DNA of 64,000 nucleotides from Felis catus (taxonomy: Eukaryota): contig NC_058371.1 in NCBI RefSeq assembly GCF_018350175.1, forward strand, positions 195,362,001 to 195,426,000, in the 5' to 3' direction. Both the position numbers and the translations under genes were made by a program. The notes below the pieces were generated by a model. That model had not been told where the DNA came from. It searched no databases and worked only from the letters and a program-made list of their open reading frames with translations. This document shows, one piece after another, positions 24,884 to 36,544 of the stretch; the first letter of the stretch is position 1; each line of letters opens with the position of its first letter.

Positions 24884-25307
24884 TTTTTTGAATTCAGCTT
24901 TTTATTGAACACGTTACAAAACAGGTTTGGTCAAAAAGAGCAAAGCCCATCTCGCCATCAGACTCCTCAGATTCTTCTTTCTTTGCTTCTGCTTTCTTCT
25001 CTTCCGCTGGGGTAGCAGTGGTAGAGGGGGCGGGGGCTCCTGCTGGTGCAGCACCAGCTGCTGGGGCAGGTCCCCCGGCCCCGACACTGCAGCTGAGGCT
25101 CCCGATGTTGACATCGGCCAGGGCCACTGCAAATAAGCCTAGCCAGAAAGGTTCAACGTCTATACCGGCTGCTCTACTGAGGGCATTGGTCTTCTCTGTG
25201 GGGGTCATCTCCCCACCTTGCAGATTAAGGACAGAGTGCAGCCAGGTAAGCATGGCCTCAGCTTCCTCGGAAGGACCGATCACTTTAGTGCCAGCTGAGG
25301 AAAGGGG
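24884..25307 (-). pseudogene. RPLP1: Processed (retrotransposed) copy of RPLP1, 60S acidic ribosomal protein P1
   Basis: Intronless; encodes ...AAGIDVEPFWLGLFAVALADVNIGSLSCSVGAGGPAPAAGAAPAG...EEKKAEAKKEESEESDGEMGFALFD. Starts with a 5'TOP-like CCCCTTTCCTCAGCTG, carries the 3'UTR AATAAA, and ends in an A6 remnant at 24884-24889. Confidence 0.93.
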
Positions 25308-26789
25308 CTAGAAGATCCCTTCTTACCTAAGAAACTTCCCTGGATAACAGGGCAAGCTTTGTTCTCCAAACGTCTCTCCCCTTCCCGTGAATAGCCTTCC
25401 TTCCCTTTGTATCCCCAGACCCCTACCAGCCTCTTTAGCTAGGATGTTACAGAAGCCTGTCACCTGGCTGTCCTTCAGGTGTCACAGGTTTGCGGCTCCT
25501 GGATGTGCAGAATTACACTAGTTTTTCTCCTGTTAATCCTGTGCAATCTCCATTTGGTTGTTTGACCAGCCAAATAACCTAGTGGGGAGGAAGGGAAAAT
25601 TCTTCTGTCCCGACACAGCAAATGTATACTCTCCACGGAGACAATGCCGATTCCAGACACTGTAAATCCCTCCTTTTCAGAAACTTTGTCTGTCATCTCC
25701 CCTCTGAAAATATTCCTTTTCCAGAGGTAGAATATTCTCATTACTTAAGTATACAATTTCTTGCTTATGATTACTATTTTCTCCTCCTCCTCAGAATTTC
25801 TAACTAGAATTTCTCCCTAGATTCCACTTAGACCTGGATTCGATTTAGGGTATTCAGATAATATCACATAGTTTCTACAGATCTTCCTTTTATTTCTGCA
25901 TTTCCTCGTTTCATTCCTGGAGGTGTGACTTTTCATGTTCAGGGCACCATGTACCTTCTAGACTATTCAAGGAACATACACACAAACTGAAGCTATTTTA
26001 AAAATAAAAAGAGTCTTCGTGACGACTAACTCACAAATGCAAAGTTCCTTTCCATCTTTATAAGCACATAAAGGAATATTTTTTTATTTCAAGCCATCTG
26101 CTATGTTACCCCAATTGTCAAAACAGCCAGCAACTCAGTAACATTAACAGATACTGGCTTCTTAACTTCATAATAAATCTTACTTTTGTTAATCTGATTA
26201 CTGTCATTACCAGAAGTTTAAATCTTAAAAGCAAAGGAATAGGAAAAAAGGGACGTTACATGCATTAAAGGAGTATTTTCTTATAAAAAAAAAAAGTGTT
26301 CAAACTAGAAAGGAATAAAAATATGACAAAAAGGCTATCGCTTAAGGGAAAGATAAATGGCCATCAGAGTCCCCAAATGTAGATGAGAAAATTCCTGTTT
26401 TAGAGTTCTAGGTTGGTATACCCAGCCCCTCCCTCCTTCAAGACCAACAGCAATTTCCTCACAAAGTAGCAAATCTCCATGTGTGTTAATGGACAGTTTA
26501 ATGTTACCTGATGGGCTACATCACAGAATATTTCTAACAGAAATGAAATAAATATCCCATAATAAATGAACACCTGTTACATCCATAGTGTGTGCCCAGC
26601 ACCATACTAGAGACCTGGTTTTCTACCTTGATTATATTCTCAGTTATGGAGTGACTGGAGACTGAAACAAAGGCACACTCTGACTCTTTCCCTTTAGAGC
26701 GTGTTCTTTCCTCAACAAGGCATAGCTTCCCCTTTCTCTCTCTATCCAAACTTCTTCCGTTTTGTTTTGTTTTCTTTTCTTTTGTGTTT

Positions 26790-26965
26790 TTACAGAGAAA
26801 GCACACCCACTGGGGCACGAGCAGGGGAGAGGAGCAGAGGGAAAGAGAGAAGCTTAGGCAGGCTCCATTGGCGGAGCCCTGGGTAGGGCTCAATCCCATG
26901 ACCCTGGGATCCTGACCTGGGCAGAAATCAAGAGTCGGACACTCAGTCGACTGAGCCACCTGGAC
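26790..26965 (-). mobile_element. Older CAN-SINE
   Basis: Diverged head and T-rich tail. Confidence 0.75.
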
Positions 26966-27179
26966 TCTCCAAAACTCCACCCATTCTTAATAATTCACTT
27001 CATCTGGGCTGCACAGTACAAACCACGGTCATTTATAAGACTTGGCTTCCCTGCTAAGTAGGCATTATCTCCTCTGTTGGGAGGAGTACCTTGTTATCTA
27101 GTGAATGGCAGAAGTTCTGGAATACAGGCTTCCCAAATGGAAAGCCTCACCACCGCACCTTTGCGGCCTCCTTCCAGCC

Positions 27180-27555
27180 CAGGGGTTTGGCAGACGTTTT
27201 CTGTGAAGGGCCACACGGTAACTAGTCTCAGCTTTCCCAACCACACAGTCTCCATCTCAACTCCAACCTTGCAGTGAAAGCAGCCAGACATTGGAAACCA
27301 AGCAAACCCAGTGGGCGTGGCTAGGTTCCAGAGAATACTTAATAAGGACAGGTAAACGGGACTAGGCCTGTGGGGTGTGGTTTGTCTATCCAGAGTTTCT
27401 CAGACGGTGATCCATCAGCATTTGTTGCAAACACGAGTCTCAGGCCCTGTCCCAGACCTACCAGATTAGACTCTGGGCCTGGATGGGGCCAGCACTGTGC
27501 GCTCACCAGGCCTCCAGGAGATTCTGGTGCATGCTAAAGTTTGAGCACCACTGCT
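27180..27555. mobile_element. Adjacent MER58A-like (27180-27390) and MER5A-like (27391-27555) hAT MITE fossils
   Basis: CAGGGGTTTGGCAGACGTTTTCTGTGAAGGGCCA... start typical of MER58; ...GGAGATTCTGGTGCATGCTAAAGTTTGAGCACCACTG end typical of MER5A. Confidence 0.6.
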
Positions 27556-28242
27556 AATCTTCCTGACTACCCACACAGGACTCTCCTATCACGTCAAGTA
27601 TGAGTAACTAAGGTGATGGGTACGTCCTACTTCACCAGAAAGTGTCCCTTCCCAGCTCCCCCCACCACACCCCACATCATGATTTCTCTCCTCTGGACTT
27701 CCTGCCCCAGTATCCCAGGGCCCAGCCCTGGTTCTCAGTTGCCATCACTGCTATCTTGCTGTGCTAGTCCCACCCTCCACTGTCCTACCAGCTAGGACTC
27801 AGCGACCTTCTCGAACTCTGCAGCTCTAGCATATGCTCACACAGCCACCGTTGCCAAAACACCTCTACTCTTGAGCACTCCCAGACCGGCAAGGAACAAG
27901 GAAGTTTCCAGTGCCTGCCAGCCAAATGCTGCCCTGGACAACCAGCCCTCTACCTGACCGTCTCCCCTCTGACACCCCATCTCCAGGTCCTGACCCTGGA
28001 GCAAGGGGCAATTCTTTGAAGTTCCTTCCAGAGAAGAAAGCACCCCCCCCCCCGCTCCCCACTTCTCACATTCACGTTTTATAACGCTCTGTGCAACGGC
28101 CACTTCCGTCTTTACTGGGTATTTTATACTACAGCCGAAACGGAGGGCTGGCTGTGACTGCGGAGCTTGCTGCGGGGAGGCAAGCCACACATCGTTTCCT
28201 CTCCCCACAACCTGACAAAAACTGTTACAAAAACTTCGTGGG

Positions 28243-28465
28243 CGGGGCCCCTGGGGGGCTCCCATCATGAGCTCATGATCTCACAGTTCGTGAGAGTTCA
28301 AGCCCCAGTCGGGCTCTGTGCTGACAGCTCAGAGCCTGGAGCCTGCTTTGGATTCTGTGTCTCCCTCTCTCTGCCCCTCCCCTGCTTGCACTCTATCTTT
28401 CTCTGTCTCTGTCTCAAAAACAAATAAACTAAAAAAAATAATAATAATACAATTAAAAAAAAAGA
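28243..28465 (+). mobile_element. CAN-SINE with an internal deletion and a 16-bp palindrome
   Basis: Head GGGGCCCCTGGGGGGCTC followed directly by ATCATGAGCTCATGAT. Confidence 0.85.
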
Positions 28466-28949
28466 ACAACTTAATGGGCTTTTGAACCCCACCTAAAAAC
28501 GTGTTCTGGTGTCATTGAAAAAGTGAACTTTCAGGGTTTTAACTGGGCTTTGGGTGGGTGGAGGGTCATTTAAGAAATGATACTGGTCTTTTTGGATCAT
28601 CTGTTTAAATTATAATCAGTTCTTACATAGAAAATATTTAGGATTTTCTAAATGTTCACAAAACAAAAAATTTACTAGCCAATGAACCAATTTATTTTTA
28701 GTAGCAAAAATGCCTTATTATTATTTTTTTTTTAGGTTTGATCACTATGACTGACTATATTCATGGAGTTTTGCTGAATTTTTATGGATGATTCATACTT
28801 AGTTATTCCCCTAAAGCTGAATAAGTTTGGTGATACAAGCACCCATACATACCAAATGCCATGCCTTTTATCATACTAGACACACTTAATAAATAATATA
28901 AATATATTTAGCAAATTATATTGCACTGTTGATAACTAAGGGAAACATC

Positions 28950-29820
28950 ATATTTGCATCTCATTTTCACTGATTTTGAAAATGGATAAAACAATTGTGT
29001 CTTACACTATTTTAATCTTTATTGCTTTTAGTAAATCTTTTACAATTCATTCAACGACTTTTTCTCTCCGCAGTCTTCATTACAATCCTCAAAATGCAAG
29101 ACACTTTATTTAAACTGAAACAAGGAAGTCAAAGTGTTTCTCACGGAAACTAAATCCAATTTGGCTGGTTCGATGGTGAAAACGGGCGCTATTAATTAGG
29201 GTATATGACAAACATTTTCCATGCTTGACAAAGTTTCAACTGGAATGAGCTATATAATTAGCTGCAAAGTCTTGACAAAACAAAACCGAGCTATCCGATA
29301 ACAAAACAAAATTAAAAAAAAAATTTATCTGCAGCCACTTACAAAAATGAACAATGTCTAGATTTTCCCCAAATTTTGAGCGTGTCAGGTTACACAAGAT
29401 ACATCTCACTGAAAAAAAAAAAAAGTCTAATTCATAGTCATTTGATATGTTGTTAAGCCTATTTGTTATATTTCCCAGAAACTGAAAAAGTGGAACAATA
29501 AGGACTAGATACACAAATCCTTTGACAAGTCGGGTGGTTTTCAATTCTTTGCTTTCAACAAAATTGAAGGAGGCTGAATTGAGTAAGTGAACTCATAAGT
29601 CATCAACTCTAATTTTTTGAGATCAAGAATTGAGTGACATTGCTATAGTAAGACTCCATTCACAGGTATGTACTTGTTTATATGAACACGGTTTTTCAGG
29701 ACGTAGAGCTATAAAAACTAGAAATAACAACAGAAGTCATGCTCAGCCTTTCTCCTTCCAACAATGAAGCGTATTCATCCACAGACAAATGAATTTGTAA
29801 AAGCAACAGTATCCGCTTAA
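28950..29820 (+). mobile_element. hAT-Charlie transposase fossil (C-terminal part, frameshifted, with stops)
   Basis: Recognisable peptides in shifting frames: EVKVFLTETKSNLA (29125-29166), LGYMTNIF, NSLLSTKLKE (29543-29572), QELSDIA...YEHGFS (29624-29698), the last resembling the hAT dimerisation-region motif. Confidence 0.7.
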
Positions 29821-30886
29821 CCAAGATGTATTTTCCAATAAATTTTGCATTCTACTAAATAATTACGAAAATTTGTTAATACTTATTTCACTTTGTGTAC
29901 TAATAATTTTAAAAAATAGATTAGTCTAGAAACGGGCGATTTGCTTGCTGTGTAACCTTAGGCAATTTACTTAACGTCTCAAGGGCCTCCGTTTCCTGAT
30001 TTGCAAACCGATGATAGTACTAAGACCTAGTAGCTTAGTGTCGTTCCAAAGACTGAACTAATTAATGCATATAAGAAGCTTTCAGGGCCATGCGGGGCAC
30101 ACAGTGCTGCATGAGAGCTACAGGAGCGTTACCTGTTCCTATCAAAGTAATCCATAACAAACCGTTAAAACTAAAAGCCTGGGGGCTTGTCTTCACGGGC
30201 AGGAAGGTGCTGTTGGGATGGAGCGAGTTCCAGACCACGGGCACATTCGGAGTAAGAGGGGGACGCCCACGGAAAAACCGGAGGGAGAGGGGGGAAGAAA
30301 GACAGGAGGCGGCTGGAGCTACCTGCTTGGAAGAAAACTGGGCCGGATCGTAGGCTGAGCGAAGACGGTTGGGAGAGTTTAGAGAAGCACTTCCACCTAC
30401 GGTTCGCATTACAAACGACTATGGATCTCGACTGCTCCGTGTAAGAGAAGCAAGGGCGTCAGGCCTAAATGCCACCGCGCAGGGAACCCGGCCGGCGCCG
30501 CGCGGGCGCCCAGTCGGCCCCCTGGCCCGGAGAGTCGCGTGGCTCGCACGCCCGACCACCCCGGATTCCTGACCTTGGTCTTTGGCCCCGACGCCGCGGC
30601 TCGCAGCGCCTGGTCGCCGCCGCTTCCGCCGCAAGCGCGCCTCGCGAGGGCGCCCGCGGGCGGCCGGAACTGGCCCCTCGCGGCTCCCGTCGCCAAGCCT
30701 CCGTTGCTATTGTCACCTCCTTTTCCTCTCTTCCCCTGGTTCCCTTTCACTTCCGGGGTTGCTCTGGATCCGCTGGTTCCGTAACAACATCCCGTTGGCT
30801 TCCCTCAGGCGGCGGGACCGGTGCAGCCGCCGCCTCCCAGGAGCGCCCGCCCGCCCGGGCCTGCGCCTTCCGCGGCCCAGGCCTCC

Positions 30887-30998
30887 ATGGCCACCAACCC
30901 GCAGCCGCAGCCGCCTCCTCCGGCGCCGCCGCCTCCCCCGCCGCAGCCGCAGCCGCCGCCGCCGCCGCCGGGCCCCGGCGCTGGCCCGGGTGCGGCGG
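30887..30998 (+). CDS. BOD1L1: BOD1L1 coding exon 1 (visible part; 3' end lies in the N-gap 30999-31130)
   Basis: Translates to MATNPQPQPPPPAPPPPPPQPQPPPPPPGPGAGPGAA, matching the recalled BOD1L1 N-terminus. The gap size is compatible with the rest of a ~240-nt coding exon. Confidence 0.93.
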
Positions 30999-31130
30999 NN
31001 NNNNNNNNNNNNNNNNNNNNNNNNNNNNNNNNNNNNNNNNNNNNNNNNNNNNNNNNNNNNNNNNNNNNNNNNNNNNNNNNNNNNNNNNNNNNNNNNNNNN
31101 NNNNNNNNNNNNNNNNNNNNNNNNNNNNNN
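30999..31130. other. Assembly gap hiding the 3' half and donor site of BOD1L1 exon 1 (other gaps: 13413-13543, 19869-20051)
   Basis: Runs of N in GC-rich or repeat context. Confidence 0.99.
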
Positions 31131-34100
31131 GGGGGCTGCGGGGGCAGGGCGAAGGGGAGGACCCCGAGGGCGGCCCTCTCGGGCAGTGCCCCGCACTCGT
31201 CCGTCGGCCGGCTGCGCCTCGACTTCCCCAGCTGGGGCCCCTGCTGAGAGCGCCTCTCCCTCCCCAGGTTCCCTGGGCAGCCGCTTCCTCTTTGAGCGGC
31301 TGCTAGGGGCCGGGCACTGTGCGAGGCTCGGTGCGTTCATTCATTCGCCGATCCTGTCGTTCGTTTAACGGGCTCGTGTTAATCACCTGCCCTGCTTGGA
31401 CGCGGGGAGTATGGTGGTGAGCAAGACTAAGTCATGGTTCTTCGGGAGACTCGTCTGGAAACACTAATGCTAACAGGGCTTTCGTCTTTGGTCTTTTTCT
31501 TTTTTTTGTTTTTTCGTGGTTTACTTTGTATCCAAGTTATTTTTGCGTGCTCTCTTGAAGATTTTTGGGCGGGAAGGGTCATGTCTGTGTCCTTTGGAGG
31601 AATCCAGTGGTAATGAATCAAATTATTAGCATTGTGCATTGCTGGTCACTGTGTGCGTGGGTGCAGAGGTAAGGAGACAGAGCCGGTCGGTGGAAAGGTG
31701 GGCTAGAGAGACTGAGACTCTTGTTTCCACCGCTGACTGCCTGATTAAGGTGGCTCAGGCCAAGTCACTTCTCTGAAGTGACAAGGGGCAGGGGGATAGG
31801 GAGAACCAAGCCATTCAGTGAGGAAAGGTTGGAGGAGAGGTGACAGCAGGTATTGAAGTGGAAGAAGGACAGGAAAGAAGAGAGTTCTGGAGAGTAATGG
31901 GAAGAGGGGAAAGGTCAGCAAGGTGCTTCCTTGCATGGAAAGAGTTAGGGGCTGGGAAGGGGAAGGATTTTGTACCAAATGTCGGAGTGAAAGGGGGTGG
32001 TAGCTGGAATGAGTGCACTTTGCTGATTCTGCAAAGAATGAGCAGTAGACAACCAGGATAGAGCGATCAGTGAGGAGGATGGAACACAGAGTCTGGAATT
32101 CTGGAAATGATTGAAGCAGGAAGCTTCAGTTGGAAACAATTAGGAAATTGGGGTATTTGGCTTATATCTGGTTGGGTCCCTCAGATTGGGGTTTGCACGG
32201 GGTGAGGGTTTTCTCAACACATTCCTCACATTTTCTGAGGAACCTCATGTCTTTGAGACAAGGAGTGTTTGCATCCTTACACGGATTTTTCCTTGTGACT
32301 CTTGTCCACCAGGATTTGATGGAAACTGCACACGATTCTGCTGTCTTCCCTGGGGAAACCCTCTGGAGAATCTGGGGGTCTCTGATCCACCATGTGGACC
32401 AGAAGTAGAATGTGCTTTTTCGGGGTGTTGGGGTTTTTACACCACAGAGAATTCAAGATACTTGGAGATATTCATCTGTGTAGGAAGTATATAGTTTTCT
32501 CACTTTGTTTTAGGGAATATGCACAGCCATCTTTTTGAAAATGTCTGTTGCCCTTTTTAAAAAAAAAAAAAAAATGGGAGATGAGACAGATCCAGGTACG
32601 TGTTATGTAGATGACGCTGGTTATTTGTATCGGGCAAATAGAGATTTCACTCTGCTGTTCTGAGAAACCACATCTCTATGTTACCCTTGGGCAGGCACAT
32701 TGGAAACTTGAATATGCTAAAGGGGGCGCTGCAACACCTAAGGCTCAAATTTATCTTCATCCCCCATCCCCACTAAATGTTACTGTTACGTGTTTGTAAT
32801 GCCCCTGCCAGATCCTCTCAAAGTGGAGCCTGAAAACCTTTCTTGGTGGGAAGGAAGGGAGGACGGTTGCTTGGACAATCTAATGAAGCCAGGACCTTCT
32901 CCCACGAAAAAATGTACCTGTGCATATTAAAGTGCAACTTTCGTCGTTCAGAAAAGGTCGACTGTCGGCAGTTACATGTGGCTCAACCTAATACCCAGTT
33001 GCAAGGACTTCAGGGGCCGCAGAACAAGGTCCCTTGTTTTAATGTTGGAAACTAGAGAACTGAAATAACACCCCTTCCCTGACGGAAAAGGATGCCTGTG
33101 TGCAGCGGAAATTCTTTCCTCACCCCTCCTGTGCTTGCTTTCTCCCTCTGTCTTCACTCCTGATGCCTCCCCTCCTCTCTTCTTCCTCCTTGTCGTCTAC
33201 CTCTGTGCCTCCTGGTTCTGGTTCTCTTTCCTCTTTCCCCCATGAGTGTCTCCCTCTTCCTGTTCCTTGGCTTTACTAACGATTATGCAGATTTTAATCT
33301 GATTTAAAGTGTTTCTTCTTGTTTTGTAGCATTTTATATCCTTTTTCACATATACGTATATACGTATACATACATATGACTTAAATTTGACAGTCTCAAA
33401 AATCCTACAGAAGCCAAGGTTTTCTTTTGAGCCTGACATTCCTCTCCATGTGATGAGTGGGTCAGAGTAGACGTAAGATCCCCTGTTCATGCAAAGGAGC
33501 ATCACTTTTAGGGAACCGTCGAATCTGCTCTGTAAGAACAACTTGTAATTGAGACCATTTGTGGTATGGTGCTTTTGATAATTGAACCCTGAAGACTGAC
33601 CTGCTTTATGTCAAATTCTGACCTGCAGTATAGAATCTATAGGGTTATAGCAGTAACTGGCTTGTCAGTCACATGCATATTTAAGAATCAAGACATTTGA
33701 CACCTATCAGGAGCTCTCCAAGAGCAAAGCCACCATCCAGCCCAGTGTGGTTAAAGCAAGATGAGAAGTACGAAAGTCCGCTGGCATTCCTGCGGGCCAG
33801 AAAACCCTCCAGACTGCCCTGGGGTTATTGATGGCCTCTAACCAACCAAGAGAGGGATCTGACCTTAGCAAACCAATCAGCCCTCCTACCCAAAGAATGA
33901 GAACCTTAGTCATCCCAAGATCTAACTAAGGCTGAGGCTCCTCTGCTGTAGATTACTAGTTCTCAGATCCCTGCCGTTTCTGACCCGTTGGCTCTGAGGT
34001 CACCCTGGAGAGTGTGAAGAGGGAAGATCAAGAGAGGCCTGTCCTTCTGTCCCAGGCAGAGAACTCACCAACCAAATAAATATGGCACCTTTCTCCCCAG

Positions 34101-34219
34101 GTAATAAAGGCCAAGTTTTGTATACTTTCTCAGTTACAAGTGGCTCCTGGTCACTGTGACTATTGCCTCTTTTTTTTTTTTTTCTTTTTAGATTTGAAAG
34201 GAATATTGAAGACAGAGTA

Positions 34220-36250
34220 TATAAACTTACTCACCCAACACATATTCATTATGTACAAAGCACTGTTCAGATGCCAGGATACAGCAGTGAACAAAACCTC
34301 CTTGCTTTTATGGAGCTTGCATCCCAGCAGCGAAAAGCAGACAGGGGATAACGTGTAATAGGTTCTGTGGAAGAAATAAAGCAGGGTGAGGTTGGGAAGG
34401 GTTGCTGATTCGTTTTCAGTAAGTTGTCCGGGGAAGATTTCGAGAAGGTGTTACTTGAGCCGTCACTGAAGGAACCGAAGAGACCATCCAGCCAGCTGTG
34501 TGGGGCTCAGTGCTCTGAGTAGAGACCACAGCCAGTGGGAAGGCCTGAGGCCGGACCTGGTGAGGGAGAAAGTGACAGAAGGTGAGATAGGAGTGGCCCT
34601 CCGTCCCCCCTCCCTTCATGGATCTGGCAGGCCTTGGACGCCATGGTAAGAAATTGGCTTTTACTGGAGCTGAGAAGCCATTGGCACCTTCTGAGCCTAA
34701 GGACGTGGTCTGACTCCCCTTTTAGATGGGTTGGGTTTAGGTGTGTAATTATTAAGGGTGTCCCCCTCACGCTCAGTCATGATGTGGTTTGGACAATAAA
34801 TATATGATTACCCTAATTTTGGAAGATTAACCCGAGCCACTGTGTGAAAAATAGACTTCAGGTGGGCAAGTGGTCAGAAGTAAGGAGACAGGTTGGGAGG
34901 GGCGCCTGGGTGGCGCAGTCGGTTAAGCGTCCGACTTCAGCCAGGTCACGATCTCGCGGTCCGCGAGTTCGAGCCCCGCGTCGGGCTCTGGGCTGATGGC
35001 TCAGAGCCTGGAGCCTGTTTCCGATTCTGTGTCTCCCTCTCTCTCTGCCCCTCCCCCGTTCATGCTCTGTCTCTCTCTGTCCCAAAAATAAATAAATGTT
35101 GAAAAAAAAAAAAAAGGAGATAGGTTGGGAATCGAGAGAGGAGATGAGAGCACCTTGGACCAGAGGGGTGGCGGTAAAGGGGGTGGAACGTGGTCAGATT
35201 CTGAGTGTATTTTGATGCTACTGCGGACAGAATTTGCCAAAGGTTTGGAGGTGGGGTGGAAGAGAAAGGGAGGGGTCAAGGATGACTCCAAGGCTTTTGA
35301 GCAGAGCACTGGAAAAGGAAGAAAAGAGGAAAAGGAAAGCTTCTCAGAGGAGTAATGGGATCCAAAATATTGCTGAAGTCACTAGGCTTTTTACTGAAAG
35401 GAGAATGTGGCAACAAGGAGACTTAACCTGTTGTAGTTCAGATTGGAGCTTGTTTGGGGCAGCAAGAGTGCTGAATGCTTTGTGATGATGTTTGAGTCCA
35501 GTGGTTCTGGGATTGGGGGATACTGGAGACAAGAATTATGTTTTAGAGTCAGTGGGGAGAAAGAATTCGTTTTAGTTCACGTTGATTTTGGATAAATGGA
35601 GAGGGATGTGAGACGGGATCCTGAGTGTTTCTTGTAGGACAGGAAATAGGAATCAGGAAAAGTCTGGAAATTGGGAGGGATGAGGGGGCATCACAAAGGG
35701 ACGAAGTCTTATCATCTGTGCCTGAGATAGGTATCTGGCCATCTCCGCGGACAGCTACTTTTTTAATTGCTTATCTGCCAAGCAGTGTGAGAAACTATGT
35801 GGAAACAAAGATGAAGGGAATGTGAGGACCCGGCTTCCTCTTCAGTGGAGAGATAAATAACCCCTTCCCCAAAATACAGTACAGGGCAAGCATTGTTGGA
35901 AAGGGGGGATGTACACAGGATGGGAGGAACATGGGGGAAAGCCAGGGGTGACATCACAGATGAGGGTGAGCTCTGAAGGCGAGAAGTTTGCCAAATAGAG
36001 AGTAGAGGGAATGGTAGGTACAGAAGATTGAAGGCGTGAGAATGTTTCACTGGACTACGGGCTTTGAAGGGTAAGGTTAGGAGCCACAAACAGCAGATGA
36101 AGCCGTATGGCCATTCAGGGACTCTCACTCCACTACATGAAAAGCCACGTGACAGACCGCGAGTGGTGGGGGTTGGGGGGGCAGGCTCTAGGAAGGAGGG
36201 GTGCAGTCCTGATAGGGTGGTCAAGCACTCCTAGGCATGTCCTTTTAAGA
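34220..36250 (-). mobile_element. L2 fragments in BOD1L1 intron 1 (interrupted by a SINE)
   Basis: L2 3'-end motif (...GCACTGTTCAGATGCCAGGATACAGCAGTGAACAAAAC...TTTATGGAGCTT) and purine-rich L2 body. Confidence 0.55.
34899..35115 (+). mobile_element. Young feline CAN-SINE, intron 1
   Basis: TSD GGAGACAGGTTGGGA (34884-34898) / GGAGATAGGTTGGGA (35116-35130); CpGs intact. Confidence 0.93.
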
Positions 36251-36260
36251 AGTGACATAC

Positions 36261-36503
36261 GGGGATGTCACAGTCACTTAAGTCCGTGCCTGGATGGCAC
36301 AGTCACTTAAGCGTCCGACTCTTGATGTTGGCTCAGGTCACGATCTCACGGTTCTCTCGCGGGTTGCGAGTTGGAGCCCAGCATCGGGCTCTGCGCTGAC
36401 AGTGGAGCCTGCTTGGGATTCTCTGTCTTCCTCTCTCTGCCCCTCCCCTGTTCTCTCTCTCTCTCTCTCTTTCTCTCTTTCTCAAAAATAAACTTAAAAA
36501 AAA
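36261..36503 (+). mobile_element. CAN-SINE, intron 1, with an internal 14-nt duplication
   Basis: TSD AAGTGACATAC on both sides. Confidence 0.85.
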
Positions 36504-36544
36504 AGTGACATACCATGTGTTCTCTCTCCTGCTTCCCTTAACTT

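Larger units (their letters stand above)
24321..25615 (+). mobile_element. Solo LTR (ERV1, MER34/carnivore-LTR-like) interrupted by an L1 fragment, a SINE and the RPLP1 retrocopy
   Basis: Begins TGAGGGGGTTCAGAAG...CCAAAATATGCCCCTTTGGCATGAGGATTAT and ends ...GGAAAATTCTTCTGTCCCGACA (TG...CA); flanks TAGC/CAGC. Family name from memory. Confidence 0.6.
30250..31450 (+). promoter_or_regulatory. BOD1L1: CpG-island promoter / 5' end of BOD1L1
   Basis: Dense CpG and very high GC around the start codon; ETS/GABPA-type CACTTCCGG at 30748-30756; no TATA box seen; Kozak-like GCCTCCATGG at 30881-30890; G4-type run GGGGGCTGCGGGGGCAGGGCGAAGGGG at 31131-31158. Confidence 0.85.

Noticed and set aside
30540-30640. 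Possible positional counterpart of human MIR5091 (recalled to lie just upstream of and antisense to BOD1L1)
   Set aside because: Only loose similarity to a sequence recalled from memory; the mature sequence was not found; GC-rich promoter DNA folds by chance.
32714-32731. CTCF-like ATGCTAAAGGGGGCGCTG in intron 1
   Set aside because: The 5' half of the core is mismatched at several key positions.
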